This document shows, piece after piece, positions 1-11,716 of a stretch of 64,000 bases of DNA. A program made the position numbers and the translations under genes. The notes under the pieces were generated by a model. That model was not told where the DNA came from. It did no database searches and worked only from the letters and a program-made list of their open reading frames with translations. Within the stretch, counting starts at the first letter, position 1, and the number at the start of each line of letters is the position of its first letter. The DNA comes from Zygnema circumcarinatum SAG 698-1b (taxonomy: Eukaryota > Plantae > Zygnematophyceae): assembly GCA_037447605.1 (NCBI GenBank), contig CM074814.1, positions 2,356,001 to 2,420,000 on the forward strand, given 5' to 3'.

Positions 1-172
1 CATCGTTGTTTATTGAACGTTGAGAACATAAACCAGTCCAAAAGCCAGTCTGTCTCTCAGCAGCCAATCAGGCACGAGGTAAAGCCAGCTGCTATTTGCT
101 CTTTTTCGACTTGAAACAAGCTGCGGCTTTGGAGGAGATGTCATGATGTGGTCTTGCTTGTGGGTGTTGTAG

Positions 173-3100
173 CCGGCGCGACCTGCTGGACCTTGTTAGC
201 AAGCATTCAGACGGACTTCCGAGGCCAAATGGAGTTCAAGGAGCTTCATCAGACCCCTTAGATGGCGGTTTAATGGATGCTCGCTACTGGCGGGAAGTGC
301 TGGACTTGTTCTTTGTCCGAGGATGGGGCTCTGGAGAGAGTAGCGCGCAGTTCAACAAGGATGCTCTATTCGATGACATGCTTTTTTTTGTGAGGTCAGA
401 GGTACTGAAAGGAATTTCTCCATCACTACTTTTCCGACGCCTTCATAAAAGCACAAACTGATGATGTTTCTCTTTTCTCAAAAGATCTTGCAACTGTACT
501 TGAATGAGCATTTTCACAGATAAACTTGGCTGGAGTGAAGATTTTCTTGCTTGACATACTTGCGTATGGAAGTATCGAAATCATCTAAAATTGACTAGTG
601 GAGCTCTACCCTTTGTAACAGTTAATTGATTGAGTTGAAAGTAGAATGGTGGAAGTGACCATCCTGGAGCATATGGTTCTGAAATGCAGAGTGGGAACGG
701 TGAAGAGGCGAAGGAGGAAAAGTCATGTGGCAACAAGCCATATTTCGTCCGCCGATGGAGCAGCAATGTAGGCGCCCACTTCCCCTTGTGCTGCATCCTA
801 TTTTAGTTGCTTGCAGGAGTGGCGGGTAAGCCATCCGGCAATTTTGGAGTACTTGGTTCTGCTGTAAAGTCGCCCACTGTGTTAGAGCAGTGAGAGCCAA
901 ACAGACTCTATCTCAAGCTCAGGTGTTGATGGTGGCTGCTGGACAGTTGACTCGTGTGGTTGGCAACAGCGATGTTGATTGGAGGCGCTCCTTTTATCTC
1001 AATCTCATCTGCCATACGACCTTCACCCTCACAGTGGCAGTCTGCAGGTAGTTGACCGACGATTCACTTACTCGCACTATCAATTTCCTGCACATTTTTT
1101 TATTTTCGCCTCCCTCCCAGCCCTCCTCCCTCTCTTCGTAAGACTTAAAAATCCTGGGTTGGGACCATGTTCCTACAGCCGACGAGCACTCGAAGAGCAC
1201 AAGTCAAAACCGGATGGCCCTCCAGTGACTCCTATAGCAAAGGTACACCTCAGCTCTTTTCGGAGGCCAGCTCCCATACTCTGATTAGATCTGCCTATGC
1301 CATGTTTTCCAATTGCTTGTTTTCTTTATTCGCAAGGCAATGTTTGATCAACGTTTTTCAGGCTCTCCTGATGTCCTGTTGACTATCTTCTGCAGATCAC
1401 AAAGCGAGTTTATGCATCGCCTAACATGGCCCGGCTGGACAGTGCTCCAATCAAGGTTTGTCTACCCTACAAACATGCAGTTTTGGTTCTCGTTCACCAT
1501 AGCACTTCCATTGTAGGATTGAATAATTCAGAAGAAGATTCTGCAACACCCCCGTTCAACGCGTTGATGGGCACGTAGTTAGCATCTGCTCAGTCTTAGT
1601 GGGTCGATTGGAAACTTTGACACTTGCAGACCTGCTGGAAGGGCTGCCTAAAAAAGTTTTGATAGTTCCGTGGAACAGGCTCAAGAAGCTACGCCGACAT
1701 ATCCTCAAATCTGTTTCGCCATCGACGACTTCAACGATGCGTTCCAATCAATGGTGCGTTCACAATAACAGATTGCCAGTCCTAAACCGCTGGAGAGATA
1801 AAGCTGCTGTAAACGAATGACGATTTTAGGAATTCTGCAGTTTGACGCCTTGATTCCTCCCCCGCTTTCAGGAACTGCGAGATCCGGATCACTGCCTTTG
1901 CGTTCTTCTCAATTCTCAAGGAGGAGCTGCGTTTCCTGCGACTAACCCCGATGGAACAGACAAAACACGTAGCAGAAATTTGGAGAGAAAGACAAGTTCT
2001 CAAGCACAGGCATTTGGCGAAGCAGCTGATGGAAAGCCCAAGGTACGGCCTTTCGAAATACATCCGACTTCCTTGAATTCCCGGTTTTTTGCGTTCGAAG
2101 TTTTCATCTAGCCAAATTCAATGAACTCACTGAAGGCCACTTTACGTTGACGGTGCAGGTCACTATATTTTCAGGGTTTGTGAGCTACCATATGTTGAAG
2201 TCCTCCTTTCATGGTACGTGCTTGTAAAAACTTTTCGCTCCTGCTTGATTTTGGAACATAGACCAACTCAGAAGCTTTTTGCAGGATAACTTCACCCCAC
2301 ACTTTCCTTGCTTAAAATTGATCGGCATTCTGCAGGTGGACGTGCCGGATCCATCTTTTCCAAGACTCCACTCCCTCCCGAGCGCTTAGCGATAAGAGGC
2401 CCGGGAGGACTGGGCGAGGCAGAAATCATTGTCTCCTGCATAGCTTGTAAGTCTCTCTTTAATGATTCTATAAATCCTGCATGTGCCAGGAAGAGTCTCC
2501 AATTGTGGCGTACTCCAAAATCAAGGAGACTATCTTCATACCTCACACGAACGATCTCGGCTCTCTCTCGGTTTCTCTCCTCTCTCGCCCTCCTCCTAAG
2601 AGCGTGTGTTTACTCCAAATTCTCTCTTTCTCTTCAATCTGTTGCAGCGGAACAACCACAGACCAGTGTTGTGCTTCCTCAACGTTCCCCAAGGCCACCA
2701 GGTTTGGAGCCAATGGGGCTTCCAGACCTAAAAGCGCGGCTAAGTAGAGTGCAGGGCGACCTCATGAAGTTAGTGCTCAAGCAGCAGGAGAGCACATTGA
2801 GAGCTGACATCTCTCCTTTGGAGAGAGAGAAGCAGGAGAGAATATACCAGGAGCAGCTCCACCTGCTTGAAGAGGAGCTGAAGCTGGTCCAGCAGCAGCT
2901 TAAGCTGCTGCAACGACGGGAGAAGTTGGCTACCTTTCCTGTCCCTGTCCAGCCTCCCCTTGCAGTGAGTCTTATCTCTACCTGCTTGCTTCTGCCAGCT
3001 CGTCGAATCTTGGGTGTGAAAGAGGACTGCTTTGGTATCCATGAACTGAAATCTACGATCTCGAACCCTACGCATTTCCAAAATAGTAAGCCAACAAAAT

Positions 3101-3648
3101 GCTGCTGTGAATCGTGATCTGCCTCTAGCCATGGGTAGGAGAAAGGGAGGCAAAGGGAGAGAGAAAGAGTGAGAAAGACTGACTCTGACTGGCAACCCTG
3201 AAACCTATTTTTGCAGATTTCTGGCGGCATTTCAGAACTAGTTAGACGAGTCATGGATCCTGCAAAAACGCAGCCTCCTCTATGCTGCTGCTTGAGATCC
3301 ATCTCCCTCCCCTGGGATACTCTCTCCTACGACCTCCTCTTCAAGGTACAGCAAATCAGGCCAATCAACGATCATGCTCTTGCTCGTCGTCTGACCTGCC
3401 AAAGCTCAACCCATTCCTTTCAACGACCTTCAAAACACTTTTTAGATTCCTGAGCATCTAGTTGCTATCTAACTCACGTATAGACGGTGTAATAAGATCA
3501 GGAAAGCAATAGAGCCATGCAATAGAATTCACCAGACTTGTGTTTCCTGTCGTAATGAATTCAGGAGCGGCCAGTGAAGGTGGATATTACCGGCCACCTT
3601 GTGCCTCGCCGTATAGGTCGAGACATCTCCCAGGAAGTGGAGCTATAA
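173..3648 (+). CDS. DUF2045 / KIAA0930-homolog protein, multi-exon; first exon lies upstream of the window
   Basis: Manually spliced GT-AG exons give RRDLLDLVSKHS..YWREVLDLFFVR..DDMLFFVR | PYFVRRW | VDWRRSFYLNLICHTTFTLTVAVC | KRVYASP | TPTYPQICFAIDDFNDAF | DPDHCLCVLLNSQGGAAFP | VTIFQGFVSY | IRGPGGLGEAEIIVS | PPLCCCLRSISLPWDTLSYDLLFK | ERPVKVD..TAA(3646-3648). These match plant DUF2045 motifs as recalled. Confidence 0.85.
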
Positions 3649-4966
3649 ACACGTAAGGTACATTTACCTGACCTCAAAGATTGGATCATGACTGAGTCGA
3701 TGTTGTTATGGCTCGTAGAATATGAGGAACAGAGTTGAACTCTCTCGGGAATTAATCAGGGGAAAAAGAAAAATAGACAAATGTTCAATTCTGGGGATCA
3801 ACTCATATGCTTGAGAGAGAGGATTTGGGTCTAGAGCCGCTGCTTTTCTCTGACACAATAGAGGAGCCGGTCGTTTGACTGACACTAAACTTGTTTTCCT
3901 GCACAGGACCTTTAACATGTGCTATTCCGCAGTAAAAAACGAAGAGGTGCAAATTTGCAGCCGAGGAACAGGTGTTAATACATGTCTGGTCCATCAAATA
4001 ACCGTTTGCTTCTAATGCATTTACCTTTTTGACGAAACTTCCATGACCTGATGGCTAAGTTGAGAGGGACCTCAAGCCCCCTACCATGTAGTCTAGTGAA
4101 GCGGAATCCTTAAGAGGTTTCGCTGAAGTCGTGAAAGGCTAGCAGCCCGAAGGGTATTTGCAAGCCAAGATGCTGCAAATGAGAAAAGCAGATATGTAAA
4201 ATAAGGGCCTTTAAGGCTCATGCTTTTGCTCCCCAGCGTTCGAAGGACTTACTTTACAGGGTCGATTTTTTAGGTTACGGGCGGCATGCCCTGTAAGGGA
4301 GGGAGGAATAAGGAGAGATATCGGAGATGGTGACTTTAGGAAGGGGATGGAAGTCACTGTTGGTGAGAAGTAGCGTTCCTGCCTTTGTGAACCTTGCAGG
4401 GACTGCTACTCCTTGTTTTGCTAAAAAGGAAAATGGAAAAGTCCGTGTGCATGGGCGGTGCTTGCGTCTTCATGTTGTGTACCTCATTGCTCTCCTTCGT
4501 TTTGCCTCTCACTTTTCGCGCCACACTCCCTCCTCTCCCGCCCTCCCCCTCCATAGCGCAACTCCCTCCCTCCTCTCTCCCCCACCTCTCCTCCCGCAAG
4601 AGAGCGAACCGCCGACACTCCCGCAGCAACTCCCGCCGCAGCCACTGCCGCCGCCACTCCCGAGTTCCGGCTCCCCCAACTCTCTCTCTTGCTCCCGCGA
4701 GTGAGAGCGCAGTGACTCACATCCGTACAGGTTCGGTTAAATACAGTACAGTACTGTACCGTTACATCCTGCGTTCTGTCGCAACGTGCCGTACAATTTA
4801 CTGGTTTACTGATTCACTTTTCGCTTCTATGCTGAATTCGTACTGATTTTGTACATGTACGGTTTGCCCGTACAGCTGCAGACGGTTCCGTACGGTTACA
4901 GGGCCGCCGTGGGGGGCACTCAAAGCCGTCGCCGGCTCTATCACTCTCTCTCTCTCGCGCTCGCGC

Positions 4967-4981
4967 GGAAGGTTCGAGAAA
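4967..4981 (+). promoter_or_regulatory. Perfect heat-shock element (nGAAnnTTCnnGAAn) upstream of MBF1c
   Basis: gGAAggTTCgaGAAa at 4967-4981, about 35 bp upstream of TATAAAA (5017-5023). Confidence 0.8.
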
Positions 4982-5016
4982 TGGAAGAGGCGGGAAGGAG
5001 AGGGGAGATTTGGGGA

Positions 5017-5023
5017 TATAAAA
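5017..5023 (+). promoter_or_regulatory. TATA box of MBF1c
   Basis: TATAAAA between the HSE and the MBF1c leader. Confidence 0.65.
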
Positions 5024-5417
5024 GGGGAGAAGGGCTAGATGGTGTGAGATCGTGGTTGAAGAGGTTGGGAGGGAGGAGAGGGGAGAGAGAGGGGGGAGCG
5101 AGGTGGGAGTGCTGGAGTAGAGAAGAGTTTCGCTAGCGCAAGTAGAAGCAGTGAAAGGAATTTGGATTTAGAGGAAGCAGTAGGAAAGGAGAGAGAGTGG
5201 AAAACACAGAATTCTGGAGTGAGTATCTTGTCGGAAACGATTTTTGAAGTGTATTTCTTGTCAAGAACAGTCTTCTGAAGTGAGTTTCTGCTTAGAAACA
5301 GTCTTCTGAACTCAGTTTCCTTTCAGAAACTTTATTCTTGGAGTGAAAATTTCGTCAGAAACCTTCCACTTTGTCGAATCCCTTAATTTGTCTGAGCGGC
5401 AGTTTTTGGTATCCAAG

Positions 5418-5970
5418 ATGCCGAGCAGAGGCGTTGGACTGCACATGCAGGACTGGGAGCCTGTGATTGTGTCCAAAAGGCCACCCCGGCCATCTGAAAA
5501 GAAGGATCCTAAAGCGGTGAATGAGGCCCTGAGAGCAGGAGCGCAGGTGGAAACTATCAAGAAGTTCGCAGCCGGCTCGAACAAAGTAGCGACTTCTGCG
5601 CCAACACTGAATACAAAAAAGTTGGATGAAGATACGGAGAATCTCTCACACGAAAAAGTTTCCAGTGAAGTGAAGCATGCCATACAGAAAGCTCGACTTG
5701 CGGCCAAACTGACGCAAGCGCAGCTCGCGCAGAAGATTAACGAGGTGAGAATCTTAGAGAGGTTCGTCCAAGCGCTAGTCAAAAGTGTGTGTGTATAGTG
5801 ACGAAGCTTTGGAATGCTTCTCTGATTGCCCTTCTCACGCCCTTTCCATGTCTTCGCAGAAACCGCAAGTTGTTCAAGACTATGAGACGGGGAAGGCGAT
5901 TCCAAATCAGCAAGTGTTGGGAAAGATAGAACGAGTCCTCGGCGTGAAGCTCCGCGGAATGAAGAGATGA
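5418..5970 (+). CDS. MBF1c: Multiprotein bridging factor 1, MBF1c-type (exons 5418-5744, 5860-5970)
   Basis: [67 protein letters not shown]|[33 protein letters not shown]. Phase-0 GT-AG intron at 5745-5859. The MPSR N-terminus is typical of the MBF1c clade. Confidence 0.93.
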
Positions 5971-7386
5971 TTGAGACACAGAAAAAGTTCGTCGATTGCT
6001 TGGCACAGAGGCGGATGGGTATGTGCTCAGTATGTCTCTGCAGGCTTTACGTACCTTCATGACTCCTTTTTTGGTATTCGTTCCTATTTCTGAAAATGAA
6101 ATCAAATAGATTTTCAGGTGCTACTCTTGTATGTTTCAAATTTCACGAAATCAAATTCTTGTGAGTCTGAAATTGAAAGCACTCACGACTTTGCTCACCC
6201 AATGCTGATTGTCGTGTTGTCTGTGCAGGTTTGGTAGTCATCATGAAGTTCAGGATCTATGATTGAAGTGCAGACAGCAGGAGATGCAGTGTACCAGTCG
6301 CAAAAGCAAGTTAAAATTAGCAAACTGTTCGCATTATTTTGTGTGATACCCAAATTTCTTCTATTCGTTGGTCAGAACTAGCTGCTAAATAGTATTCCCT
6401 CAGTATTTTCTTGAGGCATGGGGATTGAGGAGCTTCACGCAGAAGTATCGGTGTAGCATTGAATATCTCCCTCGACATTTGTGCATCAGTTGGCTTCCAA
6501 ACTCGTGTGATTGGATCTATAATGCAAAGTGCAGCCTCTCTCTATTTTCCGACATGTCTTCATTTTTCAAGGTCAAATGAAGTAGAGATTGAGGAGTCAT
6601 TTTCTTCGTCTTCGAAATGGTACTCTTTCAGTTGAATGCGCCTGTTCACTAGCGTTACTCTCTATTTTATTGTACGTTTTCGAGTTCTCATTTCAGCTAC
6701 TTAGCTCCTGGAAATAATACTTGCTCGTGGTTTACTTACTCGGAAGTGGCTGCGATGCAGCAAATTGCTAAGCAACAGTTGTTCTGCAGACCGCGCATAA
6801 AAATATGGCAAACATTTCTGCATCCCAACAATATGCTTTCCTTGCCAGCACACAAACTGACATTACACAAGGACATAACTGAAGATAACAGCACATCACA
6901 CAATACATAACGGAACAATATAGCAAAATTCTGACAAGATTTTCTACCGCGAGTCTAATTGTTCAGCATAGCAAAAAGACGAACCCCACGTCTAACAAAC
7001 TTCCATCGAAGGCCCACACCTATCCATTACATGAACAACCTATCCATTACATGAACAACAGTTTTAAGTCTGAGTTTTCTTGTTCTCAAGTCTGAATTGT
7101 CAACAAATTAGAGACCTCCGGCGGCGCAGGAGCGTGCTCGACATCGACATGTTCTCCATGACTGCCTTATCCAGCCCAAGAGTCGCAGCTACAACTCTTA
7201 GGAGGAAAAAAGCGGACGTGAAAAAACCCTTTCAAAAGTAAAGGGAAGGGGATGGGGGGAATGGGTAGGGGAAGGCAAGGGGATGAAATCTAAAAGCATG
7301 AACTAAAGCTCCCTTCAAATTCTATCGCTGTCAAAACGAGACCCGTTTGAGTCACATCCCAACTACGAGACATTCTCCTTATTTTG

Positions 7387-8463
7387 CTATGAACATTCCA
7401 TCAGATCCAGATCCAGATTGATCATTGTGGAGTCAAATTGACAAAACGAATTCGCCTGCCCCCATCCCCCCATCCCCCCTCCTTGCTGCTGCTGCTGCTG
7501 CTGCTGCTCCTCCTCCTGCGCTGCAGAAGATGACCCGCCGAAATTAAAGTTAATCCACTTAATCTCAAGCAATCTTGCCTCTGTCCGAGCATTGAATGCG
7601 TTCTGCGCTCCGCTTCCATTGTCCCAAACACCCGTTGTCGGCCTCATCTGCATTCTATCCCCAAGTGAAGCTTCCCACATCCCTCCCCCGTCTCTCAACT
7701 GTACACCTTCCCCTAAAGCGTTCTCCTGCCCTCTATACAAGGCATGCATGGCCGCCGCCCCTTTCGAATTCGCTGCTTTCCGCAGCCATTGAGTCCTCAA
7801 AGACGGCCTCCTTGGGACCACAACTGTCAGCGCTCCGTCCTCCTGTGCAGCTGTCGCTCCTTCAGGACACGCGTCCGAAGGCAATTTGAACCTCCTACCA
7901 AATTTCCACAAAAAATACCGATTTCCCCCAATGCCTCCGTTTTGTCCCCCCCAACTGCTCCCTCCAAAATCCCTCTCCAATTTCCTATAACACAGAATTG
8001 TCAGCAGCGTTCTGCTATCTGAAGACGACGCTAAGCACCTTTCCTTTCCATACAAGCAGTCATCTCCTCCTTCATTTCCATACAGACACTCATCTCCTTC
8101 ATTTCCGTACAGACATTCATCGCCTGCTCGAACCTCTCCCGAAGCCGAAAGCCCACCTCCTCCTCTTCTGGGCCTTTCCACCTGCACTTCCACCTCTTCA
8201 TGCTCCAACCCACACCGCTGAACAACAAAGGCATATGCCTCTCCAGTCTCCGTAATCAGCCATGAAGGGGAGGGCTCATTGGGAGTCTCCTGGAGGACCT
8301 CGCAGTCTACATCTGAAAAGACGGGGCTCAGAAGATAAGCTTCCGCCTTGGCCAATCTCCGCACCTTGAGCGCGCAGGCGTAGGGATGCTGCGAGGAGGG
8401 CCGGTAGCTCGTGCGGTGCCTCGGCCTACACGCCATCACGCCTTGACTAGTAAAAGAATTCAC
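7387..8463 (-). CDS. Atypical alpha-crystallin-domain (Hsp20-like) protein, intronless
   Basis: 358-aa ORF with ACD motifs ETGEAYAFVVQRCGLEHEEVEVQVE and KFGRRFKLPSDACPEGATAAQEDGALTVVVPR. It has an internal GDECLYGNE-type repeat (x3) and a polyQ/Gly C-terminal tail. Confidence 0.75.
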   Translation of the reverse strand: MNSFTSQGVMACRPRHRTSYRPSSQHPYACALKVRRLAKAEAYLLSPVFSDVDCEVLQETPNEPSPSWLITETGEAYAFVVQRCGLEHEEVEVQVERPRRGGGGLSASGEVRAGDECLYGNEGDECLYGNEGGDDCLYGKERCLASSSDSRTLLTILCYRKLERDFGGSSWGGQNGGIGGNRYFLWKFGRRFKLPSDACPEGATAAQEDGALTVVVPRRPSLRTQWLRKAANSKGAAAMHALYRGQENALGEGVQLRDGGGMWEASLGDRMQMRPTTGVWDNGSGAQNAFNARTEARLLEIKWINFNFGGSSSAAQEEEQQQQQQQQGGGMGGWGQANSFCQFDSTMINLDLDLMECS

Positions 8464-10159
8464 AATTTTGCACCGGCTGGAAAAACAGTACAGAGATACA
8501 CTTCCCCACTCTCACTCTCACTCTCCCACCACCACCGGCGGTTTCACATAGTTGAAGACGTGCGTGGCCTCTCTGGAAAGTCCCCCCCCCCCCCTCCCCT
8601 CTCCCCTTACCCTCTCTCCCTCTCTCCCACTCTCTCACTCTCCCTTTTATCTTCTGCCAACTTCGGTCTTCCTCCGAATACACGAAGCGAATGTCTCCCC
8701 CTGCATTCGCTACCGAGGCAGAACCAACATCCTCACATGTCATTCATCTCCGTCTCTGCCTCCCCTGCGCCTCCTCCCTCCCTCCCTGCCTCAGCTGCTC
8801 CTGCCATGGAAATAGGTTCTTACACTCTCCTTCCTGCGCCTCTTCCTCCCTCTCATCGAGCTACGTCTCTTTCCCTTCCCTCGCTCTCTTCCTCTCCTGC
8901 TCTCCACTCCCTCGCTCTCTCTTCTTACTCGTTCTCCCTTTTTACTTCCTCTCTCTCAAATAATATCTTCCATTAAACAATCTCAAGGTGCTACGTGTCA
9001 CTTGATCCGCCCCTCCACCGCCTCGTTCTCCTAAAGCTCTAAGCCATGGCTGCCGCCTGGCAAACTCCTTCCAGGGGCTTCCATGGCTGCCTAAGCATCC
9101 AAGCAGAGAATACATATCCCGCAAAATGCAATCCAATATAAAAGTACACGAGAAAAAACGGCTACAGGTACTGGTTATGACCTGGGATAGTCAACCAATC
9201 AAGCGTCAGAATTGCGCCACGCTGGCAAGCGCGAGCTCGCGTTGGCCAAGGGGGAAAGTTCTGGAGGGACCATCGGACGGCTGCGATTCGTCCTAGATGG
9301 ACAATGACGGCCGGGATTTAAAGAACCAATGTCGTACGTGTGACGAATGGGGGAGAGAAGGATGGACTTTCCGTTAGGTTTCGCGGAACGGCCACTTTTG
9401 CAAAGCGTGATCAGTTTGTTCGTTTTTTTTCCCGTTCCGCGGAACGGAAGCCCCTCTTTTTTGGGTCAGTTGGAAAATATCCTGCAGGGTGCCACGTGAC
9501 GGCTCGCGGTCAATTTTTCGCATGCGCGAAGTCCATCAGGGCAGGTCAGACTTGGAAAGAAAAACTTTTGTCGGTCAAAAACAGAACGCGTACTCGAGCG
9601 CATAGCGATTCCGGCAAAGCGAGTACGTATTCTAAATATGTCTTCAGTACAAGCGCAATTGCGGAAGATCTCGTCAGTTACCACTGAAGCTATGTTTTCT
9701 TATAGGAGTACTTTTCCGAAAAAGGAATTGCTCTGTCGCGAAGTACTCGGTTTGGTTTCAAACAGAGGTTTCTTCTTGATACAAGGTAAGCGAGCTTCAC
9801 GGAGCCCCCCTTCAGATTTTCAAAATTCAACTTACTTTTTGTATTCATGTGTTATTGTATGCTGACGGGGGTGGCGCTGGTCGCAGGAACGGGCCTGCAT
9901 GGACTACTGGGGGGGAGCTTAGGCAAAAACATACATAAAGTACATATATACAATAGAACATAAATGAAGTTGATTCTCCTCTGAGGAGGGGCCTAGCCAC
10001 GCCCCCCTACTTGTGTGGAGACTAAGGGCTGGGACTGCTCCGCGGTCACGTCACAGTATTGCTACCCGAGCTCAATGCAAGAGCCATTCCATGTCCTAAT
10101 CAAAAGGAAGTAGAAGAAGAAGAAGACGAAGCAGAAAAGAAAAAGTGGAAGAAGAAAAA

Positions 10160-10600
10160 GGAGAAGGAGAGGGAGGGGGGGAGGGGGGAGGGGAAAAGGG
10201 AAGGGAGGGGGCAGGGGGGCAGGGGAAAGGGGGGAGCAGGAGGGGGGAGGGGGGAGGGGGGAGGGGGGAGGGGGGAGGGGGGAGGGGGAGGGAGGAGGGA
10301 GGGGGGAGGGGGGAGGGGGAGGTGGGAGGGGGAGGGGAGGTGGGAGGGGGGAGGGGGAGGGGGGAGGGGGGAGGGGGGAGGGGAGGGGAGGGAGGGGGAG
10401 GGGAGGGGAGGGGGGAGGGGGGAGGGGGGAGGGGAGGGGGGAGGGGGGAGGGGGAGGTGGGAGGGGGGAGGGGGGAGGGGGGAGGGGGGAGGGGGGAGGG
10501 GGGAGGGGGGAGGGGGGAGGGGGGAGGGGGGAGGGGGGAGGGGGGAGGGGGAAGGGGGAGGGGAGGGGGGAGGGGGGAGGGGGAGGGGGGAGGGGGAGGT
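10160..10600. repeat. G-rich low-complexity tract, (GGGGGA)n-like
   Basis: About 440 bp consisting almost only of G and A. It truncates SUB1-like copy A. Confidence 0.9.
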
Positions 10601-11716
10601 GGTTCCATTGGTTTAAGACTTCCAATAGACTAGCGCATCGTGCACACATGAACAAACAACATCGAGATGGCACAACATAGCGTGAGACAACACACAAGCA
10701 ATGCAAGTATTTGTTGAACAACATATTGTTATCCAGGGTTGTTGTGCTGATTGACGAAGCGATCCCTTTGCACCATGAACAAGGTGTGAGGATTGAAGTT
10801 GGAGGAGGGCCTTACTGAGGCGGCCTTGTGTCATTGTCGAGGTGTGGCTATCTCCACTTATGCTCACTCTTATCCCCTCGCCGAAGTGTTCTTAAACAAC
10901 AACTGTAAGGGTCACTAGACCGACTGGTTTGCGAAATAATTTGCTCAGTCTCATTGCCGTCTCTAAACCCCACAGTGCATGGTTTTCACACATCGTAGGG
11001 CTCGAATCGGCGATTAGGTCTTCAACTTTGCTGATATCGAACTATTTGCTCATTCCCACTTGAACCCTACACTGTATGCGTGAAGAGTCCAAAGTTTGCA
11101 CGTACTCGCGCGTGGTCGTCACGTCCTAGTACAACTCGACCTTGTTGATAAGAGTTTTCCAATCGTTGTGCCATCCGGGGACTGCAAATTCTGTGTCGAG
11201 AACAAGAATGCGGTGTAAAAGGAGCGCCTCTCCCGCCATGCAGCGCAGGCTGCACGTGCGGTGGCTCACTCCCACCATGAAATCGTTGAAATGGCGCGGA
11301 TAGAAAAGGTACCGCTGCGAAGGGTCGAAGGAGTGCTCGCCGAGGCCGGTCCGCCATGAGGGGGGAGGGAGGGAGGGAGGGGGAGGAGGGTGACAAGAGA
11401 AGTGGGTGTAGCGAGGGGGAGGGGGAAAGGAAGGAGGAGGAGAAGGAGAGAGAGACCAAGGAAACACACGGAAGTTGAAAAAAACCGGAGCAGTAGATGT
11501 AAGGGAAAAAGATGAAGGCTTAGACCAAGCTTGGAGGCCTCCTTCCTGTAACTCCGCCGCCGTTAGGAGCGGCCACGGGGACTGAAATAGTCCGAGCGCG
11601 ATAAAACACGTGGCGATCAGTGGTATGCCAATCGCCCACTGCATGCACCGACGGGATGAGGCTGTTGCAAATAAGACATTCTCCTTCGTCGTCGCCTTCT
11701 TCTTGCTTTCTTCCAT
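10600..11716 (-). pseudogene. SUB1/At4g12700-like putative O-fucosyltransferase, copy A (pseudogene)
   Basis: Close paralog of 12899-15318 with in-frame TAG at 11126-11128 (TTC in copy B) and at 10848-10850 (TGG in copy B). Exon 2 and most of exon 3 are missing, and the gene breaks off at LLEVLNQWN into the G-tract. Confidence 0.85.

Noticed and set aside
2308-3117. 269-aa ORF as an independent gene
   Set aside because: It is a read-through of two DUF2045 exons and flanking intron sequence.
7018-7060. 20-bp tandem duplication ACCTATCCATTACATGAACA
   Set aside because: A simple local duplication in 3' intergenic DNA with no further structure.
10059-10724. Gly-rich and Pro-rich (extensin-like) ORFs on both strands
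   Set aside because: Open frames arise only because the G/A tract cannot encode stops; there is no signal peptide or gene structure.
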